Source: Candidatus Doudnabacteria bacterium (GTDB lineage: Bacteria; Patescibacteriota; Doudnabacteria; UBA920). Taken from it: a stretch of 64,000 nucleotides of DNA. The position numbers and the translations under genes are program-made. The DNA lies in NCBI GenBank assembly GCA_031291995.1, contig JARLHZ010000022.1, positions 11,330 through 75,329 on the forward strand. The letters are read 5' to 3'. Shown here one piece after another: positions 17,196-26,248 of the stretch. Under the pieces are notes generated by a model that searched no databases, was not told the DNA's origin, and saw only the letters and a program-made list of their open reading frames with translations. Each line of letters begins with the position of its first letter. Position 1 is the first letter of the stretch.

Positions 17196-18662
17196 ATGGA
17201 TCATAACGAACAGGCAGGTAAGAATTTTGCTTGGCTATCAGCCGCCCAGCTCGGAACCCGCATTCTTGGGGCGGCGTTTTTTATTTTTCTTTCGCGAAAA
17301 TTATTGGAAACCGGAGTCGGGGAGTACAGCTTTGTTTCTTCTTTTGTGCCCTTTTGGTTTATTTTAGTGGATTTCGGCGGCGCCGCGTATTTATTCCGCG
17401 AGTGGACCCATGGCAAAAAAACCGCGGCGGAAATTAAAGACGACTTCCACCAGTTGTTCACGCTCAGGTTGTTGATTGTACTGGCAATTGGTATACCGTT
17501 TTTAACGGTAAATTATTTTATAAACCGCCAGGTTTTGGGCTCCTTGGTTTTGTTTTACATTTCCATGTATTTAGCCATGTTCACAAACCTTTTGGATTTG
17601 TATTTTCAATCGCAAAACCAGTATCGGTATCTGGCAGTCAGACAAGTAATTGAGAAAACCACCGCCGTAGCGGCAGGCGTGGTTTTGCTCCTGATTCATC
17701 CTTCGGTCATAATGGTATTTGTTGCAATTTTAATAAGCCAATTGGCGAGCATTGCCTATTATTATTTGGCAACTTCGCCCTTTGGCATAAAATTAGTTTT
17801 GCGTAAAGAGTATGCCAAAAAGTTATTCATTAAAGGAATGCCTTTTTTATTTATTGGAATTTTTGCATCCCTTTATGCCAAAATTGATGTGACCATGCTC
17901 AGGTATATGGACAATTTTCAGACCGTCGGTTACTATGGCGCGGCCTACAAGTTTATGGATTTTACGGCGCTTTTTTCATCATTGTTCATTTCAGCCATTT
18001 TTCCCGTGCTATCGCCACTTTGGCAGGGCGGCAAGGATAGTCTGGCTTTTAACGATTTTTTTCAGAAATGTTTTCGGATTTTATTTTCCGCCGGCTTGCT
18101 GGTCGCCTTGTTTTTAATTGTGGCCGCGCCTTTGCTTATAAAAATATTTTTTCCCGCTTCTTTCGGCCCCTCCGTACTGGCCCTGAGGATTTTGGCAATT
18201 GGGCAGACGTTGGCGTTTTTAAGCGCGATTTTCAGTACGATGCTGATTATTGAAGGGCGCGAAAAAATCGGTTTGGCTATAATTATTTTTGGAGCGGTAT
18301 TCAATATTGTTCTCAATTTTATTTTAATTCCCCGCTTTTCCCTGTATGGCTCGGCGTGGGCTACCGTCATTGCCGAAATGGGAAATCTGTATCTCCTTCA
18401 GCATTTTGTCTCATGGAAAAAACCGGTCAACTTGCTGTTTAAGATTGTCAGCGTCGCTGGCGTAAACACCGTAATTTTTGTGTTTTTAAAGTTTACCGGA
18501 CTGACAAACAGCCTGCTGGCCGGGACCGTTATTCTATTGACGAACGCCGTAATCTTATTTACAGTTAAACTATTGGAAAAACAGGATGTCGCTCTCTTTG
18601 TTAACCCGTTTTTAGGCAAAGTTAAAACTTTATTTGGCCCTTTAATAAGTAACATTTTTTAA
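17196..18662 (+). CDS. wzx: Oligosaccharide/polysaccharide flippase (Wzx, MOP superfamily)
   Basis: 488 aa with about 12-14 TM helices, typical PF01943/PF13440 topology. It sits within the glycan locus. Confidence 0.7.
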   Translation: MDHNEQAGKNFAWLSAAQLGTRILGAAFFIFLSRKLLETGVGEYSFVSSFVPFWFILVDFGGAAYLFREWTHGKKTAAEIKDDFHQLFTLRLLIVLAIGIPFLTVNYFINRQVLGSLVLFYISMYLAMFTNLLDLYFQSQNQYRYLAVRQVIEKTTAVAAGVVLLLIHPSVIMVFVAILISQLASIAYYYLATSPFGIKLVLRKEYAKKLFIKGMPFLFIGIFASLYAKIDVTMLRYMDNFQTVGYYGAAYKFMDFTALFSSLFISAIFPVLSPLWQGGKDSLAFNDFFQKCFRILFSAGLLVALFLIVAAPLLIKIFFPASFGPSVLALRILAIGQTLAFLSAIFSTMLIIEGREKIGLAIIIFGAVFNIVLNFILIPRFSLYGSAWATVIAEMGNLYLLQHFVSWKKPVNLLFKIVSVAGVNTVIFVFLKFTGLTNSLLAGTVILLTNAVILFTVKLLEKQDVALFVNPFLGKVKTLFGPLISNIF

Positions 18663-18663
18663 T

Positions 18664-19476
18664 ATGAAAGTCGTCATTTTGTGCGGCGGGGAAGGTACCC
18701 GCATGAAGGAAGAAACCGAATTTAAACCCAAGCCGCTTGTCTTAGTCGGTGGCAAGCCGATTTTGTGGCATATTATGAAAATGTATGCCCATTATGGTTA
18801 TAATGAGTTTATTTTGACCCTGGGTTATAAAGGCGAAATGATAAAGGATTATTTTTTGAACCAGAATCGATATCTTAACGATTTTACCTTGGACACAAAA
18901 TCAGGCAAAGTCGATTATCATAACAACGAGTGCGATGATTTTCAGATCACCTTCGTTGAAACCGGTCTAAAGAGTTTGACCGGAGAACGGGTCAGGCGCG
19001 CTAAAAAATTTATCGAAGGGGAGGATTTTATGGTCACATACGGCGACGGCCTGGCCAATATTGATATTGCCAAGTTGGCGGAGTTTCATAAATCGCAGGG
19101 GACATTAGGGACAATCAGCGGTGTCCATCCCATTACCAGATTCGGCGTGCTGTCCATAAACGAGGACAACAAGAAAGTGGAAAAATTCCGACAGTACGGG
19201 GTCATTGACGAAGATATGAGCCCCAAGCAGATACACGAAGCCCGTAAAAGTTATATGAATGATTTTATTAACGGCGGCTTTATGGTGTTTAAAAACAGTG
19301 TCCTTAATTACGTCCACGAAAACAGCATGATTGAGGAGGCTTTTCCTCTTTTGGCCAAAGAAGGCAAATTGTCAGTCTACGAGCATACCGGTTTATGGAA
19401 AGCCATGGACACTTACAAGGACGTGGAGGAAATGAATATACTGTGGCAAAAAGATCCGTTTTGGAAAGTCTGGTAA
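18664..19476 (+). CDS. rfbF: Glucose-1-phosphate cytidylyltransferase
   Basis: 270 aa, alignable end to end with Salmonella RfbF. '[41 protein letters not shown]' matches '[41 protein letters not shown]'. The C-terminal 'DPFWKVW' matches 'APWKTWE'. Confidence 0.85.
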   Translation: [270 protein letters not shown]

Positions 19477-19553
19477 GCCGCGGATTGGACGCGGATAGCT
19501 GCGCGGATTAAGCGCGGAATCTGAATTCGATTATAACTGCGGGCTTGGCATAA

Positions 19554-20540
19554 ATGAAAAACTTAAATTTTATGAGCGAGTCATGGTCGGGAAAAAACGT
19601 GCTGGTGACCGGCGGTACCGGTTTGGTCGGGTCGCATTTGACGGAAAGGCTTTTGGAGCTCGGAGCTAAGGTTTTTGTATTGGATATTGTTTTGGAAGCG
19701 AATTCTTATTTTGCTTCCAAAAAGCTGGCTGATAAAGCCGGACTTTTTATGGTTGATTTGCGGAATTTTGAGGGAGTGAAAAAAGTCATTGCGGAAAATC
19801 AGATCAACTACATTTTCCATTTGGGCGCGCAGGCGCTGGTGCCGGTGGCATTAGAACAGCCGATGGAAACTCTGGACGCCAATGTTATGGGTACGGTTCA
19901 TGTGCTGGAAGCGGCGCGGCAGCTGGGAACGGTGAGCGGCATAGTGGTTGCTTCATCGGACAAGGCTTACGGCAAGGATTGCATTAACGTCAAAGAAGAC
20001 CAAAAACTGGCCGGCGACCACCCTTATGATGTGTCCAAGACCTGTGCCGATTTAATTTCTACAACCTATTTTAAAACGTATAATTTGCCGGTGGCCGTAG
20101 CCCGCTTTGGCAATATTTTCGGGCCGGGCGATTTACATTTTGACCGGATTGTGCCGGGAGTTATGGAATCGCTGATAAAAAATCAGGAATTGCAAATCCG
20201 CAGCAATGGGAAATTTCGTCGGGATTATTTATACGTTAAGGACGTGGCGGAAGGCTATATCAAGATGGCTCAAAAAGCCGAAGAAATTAAAGGCGAGGCC
20301 TTTAATTTTAGCACCAACTGGAATTTTTCCGTCACTGAACTGGTGGAAAAAATCGGCCAGATTCTGGGACGGCAGGTTCATTACAAAATCTTGGACACCC
20401 AAAAAAACGAAATTCCCGAACAGAGTCTGAACTGGGATAAGGCCAAAAAAGTTTTGGGCTGGGAACCGGAATGTTCTTTTGAGAAGGGAATAGAGGAAAC
20501 CGTTAACTGGTATAATAACTATTTTTCCGGAAAGGATTAG
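19554..20540 (+). CDS. rfbG: CDP-glucose 4,6-dehydratase-like SDR
   Basis: 328 aa. 'PMETLDANVMGTVHVLEAARQLG...ASSDKAYG' compares with RfbG 'PIETYSTNVMGTVHLLE...TSDKCY'. The motif is 'VLVTGGTGLVGSHL'. Confidence 0.65.
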   Translation: MKNLNFMSESWSGKNVLVTGGTGLVGSHLTERLLELGAKVFVLDIVLEANSYFASKKLADKAGLFMVDLRNFEGVKKVIAENQINYIFHLGAQALVPVALEQPMETLDANVMGTVHVLEAARQLGTVSGIVVASSDKAYGKDCINVKEDQKLAGDHPYDVSKTCADLISTTYFKTYNLPVAVARFGNIFGPGDLHFDRIVPGVMESLIKNQELQIRSNGKFRRDYLYVKDVAEGYIKMAQKAEEIKGEAFNFSTNWNFSVTELVEKIGQILGRQVHYKILDTQKNEIPEQSLNWDKAKKVLGWEPECSFEKGIEETVNWYNNYFSGKD

Positions 20541-20543
20541 TCT

Positions 20544-21422
20544 ATGAAGCTTCTTCTAACGGGGGCGGGAGGGTTTATCGGAAAAAATTTGATCCAATCC
20601 GATTTGGCGAAAAAACATCAGATAATTGCCCCTTCTAGATTGCAACTGGATTTAATGGACGAAAAGGCGCTTAAAGAATTTTTTTTCCGAAACCAAGTTG
20701 ACTGCGTAATACACGCGGCCGGCAAGCCCGGGCACAGGAACGCTAAAGATCCGAGCAACATTTTTTACAGCGATACGCGGATGTTCCTGAATCTTTTACA
20801 AAATTCTGATCGCTACAAAAAAATGATTGTGTTAAGTTCCGGAGCAGTTTACGACCAGAGGTTTGCGATTGATAAGGTCAAGGAGTCGGACTATAAGTTG
20901 CGTCTGCCAGCTGATGAACACGCTTTATTTCGTAGGGTCTCGGCCGATTATATAGGGCGATCGGACAAAATCGTGGAGCTTAGGATTTTTGGCATCTTCG
21001 GTCCTTATGAAGATTATGCTATCCGCTTTATTTCCAACGCCATCTGCAAATGCCTGTTTAATTTACCCATTACCATCAAACAAAACCGGATGTTTGATTA
21101 TATTTATGTTAAAGATTTGCCCGGTATTTTAGAAAATATTTTACAAACTAGCGATATGAGCGGCGCTTATAATTTAACTCCCGATGAGCCCATTGAGCTA
21201 TTGCAGTTGGCGGAAATGGTAAAAAATTTATCCGACAAAAATGTGCCGATTATCGTCCAAAAATCCGGCATGGGGCCGGAATACAGCGGCAATAACGAAA
21301 AAATTAAACGGGACATTAATTACAATTTACGTCCCTTGCCGGAGGCAGTGGAAGAATTATATAAATGGTACAAAGAGAATTTTTCAACCCTAGATCAAAC
21401 AAAACTTTTAACCGATAAATAA
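20544..21422 (+). CDS. NAD-dependent epimerase/dehydratase family protein (candidate sugar 4-reductase/epimerase)
   Basis: 292 aa with a 'LLLTGAGGFIGKNL' Rossmann motif. It lies between rfbG and the NeuB-like gene. Confidence 0.55.
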   Translation: MKLLLTGAGGFIGKNLIQSDLAKKHQIIAPSRLQLDLMDEKALKEFFFRNQVDCVIHAAGKPGHRNAKDPSNIFYSDTRMFLNLLQNSDRYKKMIVLSSGAVYDQRFAIDKVKESDYKLRLPADEHALFRRVSADYIGRSDKIVELRIFGIFGPYEDYAIRFISNAICKCLFNLPITIKQNRMFDYIYVKDLPGILENILQTSDMSGAYNLTPDEPIELLQLAEMVKNLSDKNVPIIVQKSGMGPEYSGNNEKIKRDINYNLRPLPEAVEELYKWYKENFSTLDQTKLLTDK

Positions 21423-21434
21423 TTAATACTATAT

Positions 21435-22523
21435 ATGCAAAGAGATATATTTGAAGATCTGTTCGTTCTGGAAATGGCCAGTAATCACTTGGGAAGCCTG
21501 GACAGGGCGCTAAAGATTGTGGAGCAGCACTCTAAAATAGTTAGGTTCAACAACGTACGCGCGGCTATAAAGCTGCAATTCCGCGACGTTGATAATTTTG
21601 TACACAAGAATTTTACTGACCGCAAGGAAATTCGCTACATCCGCAGGACCCTGGAAACAAAAATGTCCAAAGAAGATTACGGGGTATTGGTGGAAGCCAT
21701 TAAAAAGAGCGGTTGCATCCCCATGGCAACGCCTTTTGACGAGAAGTCTGTGGATTTGTGCGTGGAATTTAACATGCCGATTATTAAGGTTGCCAGCGCG
21801 GACAGTAATGACTGGATGCTCTTGGAAAAAATCGCTTCGACCAAAAAACCTGTTATTGTATCCGTAGGCGGATTGTCCCTAAAAGATATGGATGATATGG
21901 TGACTTTTTTTGAGCACCGCAATACGACCCTGGCCATTAACCACTGTGTTGCCGCATATCCCCACGAAGACTCGGAATGCGAGTTGGACCAGATAGATTT
22001 CCTCAAAAACCGCTTCCCTGACCACACTATCGGCCTATCCACACACGAATATCACGATTGGTATTCTTCGCTGCTTATCGCTTATGGCAAAGGCGCCCGC
22101 ACTTTTGAGCGGCACATAGATATTGACGAAGGCGGGGCGGAAGTGGCAAAATATTCTTCCCTTCCGGAACAAATAGATGTTTGGTTTAGAGCTTACAACA
22201 AGGCCAGGGAAATGTGCGGAACTGCCAAAACTGAACGCAGGGTGCCGTTGGAACGGGAGTCAAAATATTTGGACGGTTATATTCGAGGGGTCTATGCCAA
22301 GCATGACCTTAAGAAAGGGGATATTTTGATGGAAGAGGATATTTATATGGCCATTCCCCTCCAGAAAGGCCAGATTTCCAGCCGGGAATTAATGCTCGGA
22401 AAGTATGGGCATAAAATGATTGCCGACTGTAAAGCCGACGAGCCAATTAAAATTGATATAATAGACACTCCTTACGCCCATAATGAAGAATTGAAAAAAA
22501 CAATTTATGGCAGGGGTCTCTAA
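21435..22523 (+). CDS. NeuB-family (N-acylneuraminate/nonulosonate synthase-like) protein with C-terminal SAF domain
   Basis: 362 aa. 'MATPFDEKSVDLCVEFNMPIIKVASADSNDWMLLEKIASTKKPVIVSVGGLS...INHCVAAYPHEDSECELDQIDFL...IGLSTHE' follows the NeuB TIM-barrel pattern. The C-terminal SAF is 'LKKGDILMEEDIYMAIP'. Confidence 0.7.
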   Translation: MQRDIFEDLFVLEMASNHLGSLDRALKIVEQHSKIVRFNNVRAAIKLQFRDVDNFVHKNFTDRKEIRYIRRTLETKMSKEDYGVLVEAIKKSGCIPMATPFDEKSVDLCVEFNMPIIKVASADSNDWMLLEKIASTKKPVIVSVGGLSLKDMDDMVTFFEHRNTTLAINHCVAAYPHEDSECELDQIDFLKNRFPDHTIGLSTHEYHDWYSSLLIAYGKGARTFERHIDIDEGGAEVAKYSSLPEQIDVWFRAYNKAREMCGTAKTERRVPLERESKYLDGYIRGVYAKHDLKKGDILMEEDIYMAIPLQKGQISSRELMLGKYGHKMIADCKADEPIKIDIIDTPYAHNEELKKTIYGRGL

Positions 22524-22529
22524 AAACAG

Positions 22530-24338
22530 ATGATTAAAGTTTCCGATTATATTTTCCATCGATTGCATAAAGTCCACGGTGTGGATCAGGTGTTTATGAT
22601 TACAGGAGGTGGCGCCATGCATTTAAACGATGCCATTGGCCGTTGTGAAGGCTTAAAATTTATCTGCAACCACCATGAACAAGCCTGCGCCATTGCCGCG
22701 GAGGGTTATGCGCGCACCACAGGAAAGTTGGCGGCGGTAAATGTCACCAGCGGTCCCGGAGGTACGAACACCTTGACGGGCGTGCTTGGGCAATGGACCG
22801 ATTCCGTACCTGTAATTTATATTTCCGGCCAGGTCAAGTTTGAAACTACAATTTCGTCCTGTCCCGATTTGGGTTTGCGCCAGCTTGGCGATCAGGAATT
22901 TAATATAATTGACGTTGTCCGGCCATTCACTAAATTCGCCGCAATGGTCACGGATAAAAACGATATTAAAAAATTTCTTGACCAGGCTGTCCATTTAGCC
23001 ACGCATGGACGTCCCGGGCCGGTATGGCTGGATATCCCCATGGACGTGCAGGGGGCTCTGGTGGATGAAAAAAAATTAGGTGAATTCGCTATGACGGAAA
23101 GTTCCGCGGACGCAGTTCCACTTGAGTCGGAAGTTGGCAAAGTCATCGAATTGCTTGGGCAAGTCAAGCGGCCGGTGCTGGTTTTGGGGCGGGGCGTGCG
23201 AATTGCCGGAGCGCGGGATTTAGCCTTGGCATTGGCCAAGAGGATAGGCCTGCCTTTGCTCGGTACTTTTAACGCTTATGATTTGATTCCGGCCAGCCAT
23301 CCCAATTATGCGGGAAGGATTGGGACTTTAGGCGATCGCGCCGGAAATTTCGCCCTGCAAAATTCCGACTTGTATATTTCCGTGGGCAGTCGTAATAATT
23401 TGCGGCAGGTCAGCTACAACTGGCAGTCATACGCACGGGTCGCAAAAAAAATTGTCGTGGATATAGACCCTGCCGAACTTGCTAAACCTACCTTGATTCC
23501 CGATATCCCAATTTTGGCCGATGCTAAAGTTTTTTTGGAATTGCTCGGCGGGAAATTAAAATCCGCTACCTTGCCGGATTGGTCGGAGTGGAATGCCTGG
23601 TGTCAAAAACGCAGGAAAAGTTATCCCGTGGTCTTGCCCGAATATAGTGATGATAGCATGGGGGTCCATCCTTACTATTTTATGCAACGCCTGACCCAGG
23701 CCTTGGAGCCGGGAGCGGTGGCGGTGGCCGGGGATGGGACTGCCTGCGTCGCTTTGTTCCAGGCCGGGGAAGTCAAGGAAGGCCAGACGATTTTTTGGAA
23801 TTCCGGCTGCGCGGCTATGGGTTATGATTTACCGGCTGCCATCGGCGCGTGTATTGCAAATAAAAAGAGCACCGTATGCATAGCGGGGGACGGCAGCCTG
23901 CAGTTAAATATCCAGGAACTGGAAACAGTGGCTTTTAATAAACTTCCGTTAAAAATATTTTATTTGAATAACGGCGGCTACCAGTCCATTAAGCAGACCC
24001 AGGCCAATTATTTTCCGGATAATTTTATAGGTTGCAGCCCGGATAGCGGGATTGGCTTTCCCGATATTGTCAAAGTGGCTCGGGCTTACGGTCTAAAAAC
24101 CGAAATAATCGATAATCATAAAAATTTGGATAAAATTGTCCGGGCGGTACTAGAGGCTGAGGTTCCGGTGGTTTGTGAGGTAAGGTTAAGGGCTGATTAT
24201 GTTTTTTCCCCTAAATTATCTTCAAAAAAATTATCTGACGGAAGGATGATTTCCAAGCCCTTGGAAGATATGTATCCGTTTTTAAGCCGCGAAGAATTTA
24301 AATCTAATATGATAATTGAGCCTTTAGCGGAGGAATAA
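22530..24338 (+). CDS. Thiamine-diphosphate-dependent acetolactate-synthase-like enzyme (YerE-like candidate sugar C-branching enzyme)
   Basis: 602 aa with the three-domain ALS/IlvB architecture. The TPP motif is 'IAGDGSLQLNIQELET...NNGGYQSI'. The N-terminal 'ITGGGAMHLNDAI' carries the PYR-domain glutamate region. It sits inside a CDP-deoxysugar gene set. Confidence 0.75.
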   Translation: MIKVSDYIFHRLHKVHGVDQVFMITGGGAMHLNDAIGRCEGLKFICNHHEQACAIAAEGYARTTGKLAAVNVTSGPGGTNTLTGVLGQWTDSVPVIYISGQVKFETTISSCPDLGLRQLGDQEFNIIDVVRPFTKFAAMVTDKNDIKKFLDQAVHLATHGRPGPVWLDIPMDVQGALVDEKKLGEFAMTESSADAVPLESEVGKVIELLGQVKRPVLVLGRGVRIAGARDLALALAKRIGLPLLGTFNAYDLIPASHPNYAGRIGTLGDRAGNFALQNSDLYISVGSRNNLRQVSYNWQSYARVAKKIVVDIDPAELAKPTLIPDIPILADAKVFLELLGGKLKSATLPDWSEWNAWCQKRRKSYPVVLPEYSDDSMGVHPYYFMQRLTQALEPGAVAVAGDGTACVALFQAGEVKEGQTIFWNSGCAAMGYDLPAAIGACIANKKSTVCIAGDGSLQLNIQELETVAFNKLPLKIFYLNNGGYQSIKQTQANYFPDNFIGCSPDSGIGFPDIVKVARAYGLKTEIIDNHKNLDKIVRAVLEAEVPVVCEVRLRADYVFSPKLSSKKLSDGRMISKPLEDMYPFLSREEFKSNMIIEPLAEE

Positions 24339-24340
24339 CC

Positions 24341-25015
24341 ATGAAAACTTTATTTATTACCGGAGGCCATGGGGGCATTGGACAGGCTATTGTTCAGGAA
24401 TTTCAGGCGCGGAACTATAAAATTATCTCGCCAAGCAGTCGGGAGTTGGATTTATCCCAGGTCGAGTCTATTAAATCCTATTTTTCAGCTTCGGTTCCGG
24501 ATATTGATGTGTTAGTTCATAGCGCGGGCATAAATTTTCCCAAACCCCTGGAGGAAATTAATGGTGAGGAATTTGAGAAGACTCTTGCCGTAAATGCAAC
24601 CAGTTTGTTTTATTTGGCGCAGATTTTTTTGCCCCGCCTTAAAGCAAAAAATGGCGGACATATTTTGGCCGTAAATTCAATCTGGGGAATTATTTCTAAA
24701 CCAGGGCGGCTGTCTTACGCCATGTCAAAACAGGCCTTGAACGGTTTGGTAAAAACATTGGCCTTGGAGCTGGCTCCCCATAATATTAAAGTCAACTCCG
24801 TCGCTCCCGGCTTTGTCGATACAAAACTTACTAGGCAAAACAATACCGAGGAGCAGATTAAATCGATTGTAAAACAGGTACCACTTGGCCGCTTGGCTAA
24901 GCCCGAAGAGATCGCAAGGGCCGTTTATTATTTATGCTCAGATGATAACAATTATATCACTGGACAAAATTTGGTAATTGACGGCGGTTTTACCGCTGGG
25001 ATTTTTGGAAATTAG
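24341..25015 (+). CDS. Short-chain dehydrogenase/reductase (SDR, classical)
   Basis: 224 aa. The motifs are 'LFITGGHGGIGQAI', 'YAMSKQALNGLVKTLALELA' (YxxxK) and a C-terminal 'VIDGGF'. A strong GGAGG Shine-Dalgarno sequence lies upstream. Confidence 0.75.
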   Translation: MKTLFITGGHGGIGQAIVQEFQARNYKIISPSSRELDLSQVESIKSYFSASVPDIDVLVHSAGINFPKPLEEINGEEFEKTLAVNATSLFYLAQIFLPRLKAKNGGHILAVNSIWGIISKPGRLSYAMSKQALNGLVKTLALELAPHNIKVNSVAPGFVDTKLTRQNNTEEQIKSIVKQVPLGRLAKPEEIARAVYYLCSDDNNYITGQNLVIDGGFTAGIFGN

Positions 25016-25019
25016 TTTT

Positions 25020-26159
25020 ATGGGACAATTTGATTTTAAAATCCAGGATGAAAGTTTTACCCTGCCGGATAAATATTCGGAGTTGTCTGATTTTAAAGTG
25101 GATTCAGTTCCGCGCCCTTATAAAGTCGCCTGGTGGGACGAGGATCCGGCGCAAATCATTAACAGGGAAATGGCTGACGCAGCCGGGAATGTTTTGGTCA
25201 TTGACGAAAAATTGCGGCAATTATTTTCCGCCGCATTTGGTTTTTCACCGGAGAGAATTTTTTCTTTGGTTGCGGACGAGGAGCATAAAATTTTAGATAC
25301 AGCCGCCGCTTTGTTTGATTTTTTGCAGGCTCGGGGCTTTTCTAAAAGCGATAGGCTGATAGTGGTTGGAGGCGGAGTAACACAGGACGTTGGCGGGTTT
25401 GTCGGTGGCATTTATAAGCGCGGCCTAAACTGGGTATTTTACCCGACAACTCTTTTATCAATGTGCGACAGTTGTATAGGCGCCAAAGCGGGATTAAATT
25501 TTAAGGGCGTCAAAAATCAGCTGGCAATTTTTTCCGCTCCAAGGGAAGTGGTAGTAAACCCTCAATTCCTCAAGACTTTAAATGAGCGGGAATTCCATTC
25601 CGGTTTGGGGGAAATCCTAAAGTTGCATGTTACCGGAGGCGGGGGATTGCTGGAAAACTACCAAAAAATAGTGGCTGACGGCATAGTTAAGGATTTTACC
25701 GGATATAAGTCCCTCATCTTCGGATCGCTTTTTGTAAAAAAAGCCGTCATAGAGAAAGATGAATTTGAACAGGGTTTAAGGAAAAGTCTAAACTACGGCC
25801 ACACCTTTGGCCACGCTATTGAGACGCTGACCGGTTATAACATTCCTCATGGCCAAGCAGTCGCGGCCGGCATGATTATTGTTAACCAACTCGCACATGA
25901 GCGCGGGTTGCTGCGTGCGGATAAAAATCTTTTGATGCAAAATTTATGCCTTAAGCTTCTGGATGCGCCAACCAGGCGCAAAATTAAATGTTTATCCGGA
26001 GATAATTTTCTTGAATTATTGAGGCAGGACAAGAAAGCTTCGTCCGGCCGGATTAACCTGGTGTTTTTAAAAGACTTAGGAGAAACAATTTTTGTAAATT
26101 ATGAAATTAATAAAGACCTGTCCAAATCGGTGGATAAGGTAATTACGAGTATCTTTTGA
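25020..26159 (+). CDS. 3-dehydroquinate synthase-like (sugar phosphate cyclase superfamily) enzyme
   Basis: Start set at the ATG at 25020 (MGQFDF...) to avoid overlap with the SDR. 'VVGGGVTQDVGGFVGGIYKRGLNWVFYPTTLLSMCDSCIGAKAGLNF' compares with AroB '[46 protein letters not shown]'. The motif 'EFHSGLGEILKLHV' compares with 'ELASGLAEVIKYGI'. Confidence 0.7.
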   Translation: MGQFDFKIQDESFTLPDKYSELSDFKVDSVPRPYKVAWWDEDPAQIINREMADAAGNVLVIDEKLRQLFSAAFGFSPERIFSLVADEEHKILDTAAALFDFLQARGFSKSDRLIVVGGGVTQDVGGFVGGIYKRGLNWVFYPTTLLSMCDSCIGAKAGLNFKGVKNQLAIFSAPREVVVNPQFLKTLNEREFHSGLGEILKLHVTGGGGLLENYQKIVADGIVKDFTGYKSLIFGSLFVKKAVIEKDEFEQGLRKSLNYGHTFGHAIETLTGYNIPHGQAVAAGMIIVNQLAHERGLLRADKNLLMQNLCLKLLDAPTRRKIKCLSGDNFLELLRQDKKASSGRINLVFLKDLGETIFVNYEINKDLSKSVDKVITSIF

Positions 26160-26248
26160 CGATTAATGGTGTCTGCGACAGGCGCGATTTTGCTTAAACC
26201 CGTTTTTTTACTATAATTATGTAGGTGTTTATAATTATTTACGAAACA

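Noticed and set aside
24978-25019. Upstream start for the DHQS-like gene overlapping the SDR gene by 38 nt
   Set aside because: An in-frame ATG at 25020, just after the SDR stop, gives a conventional arrangement. The upstream extension (MTAVLPLGFLEISF) is not conserved-looking.
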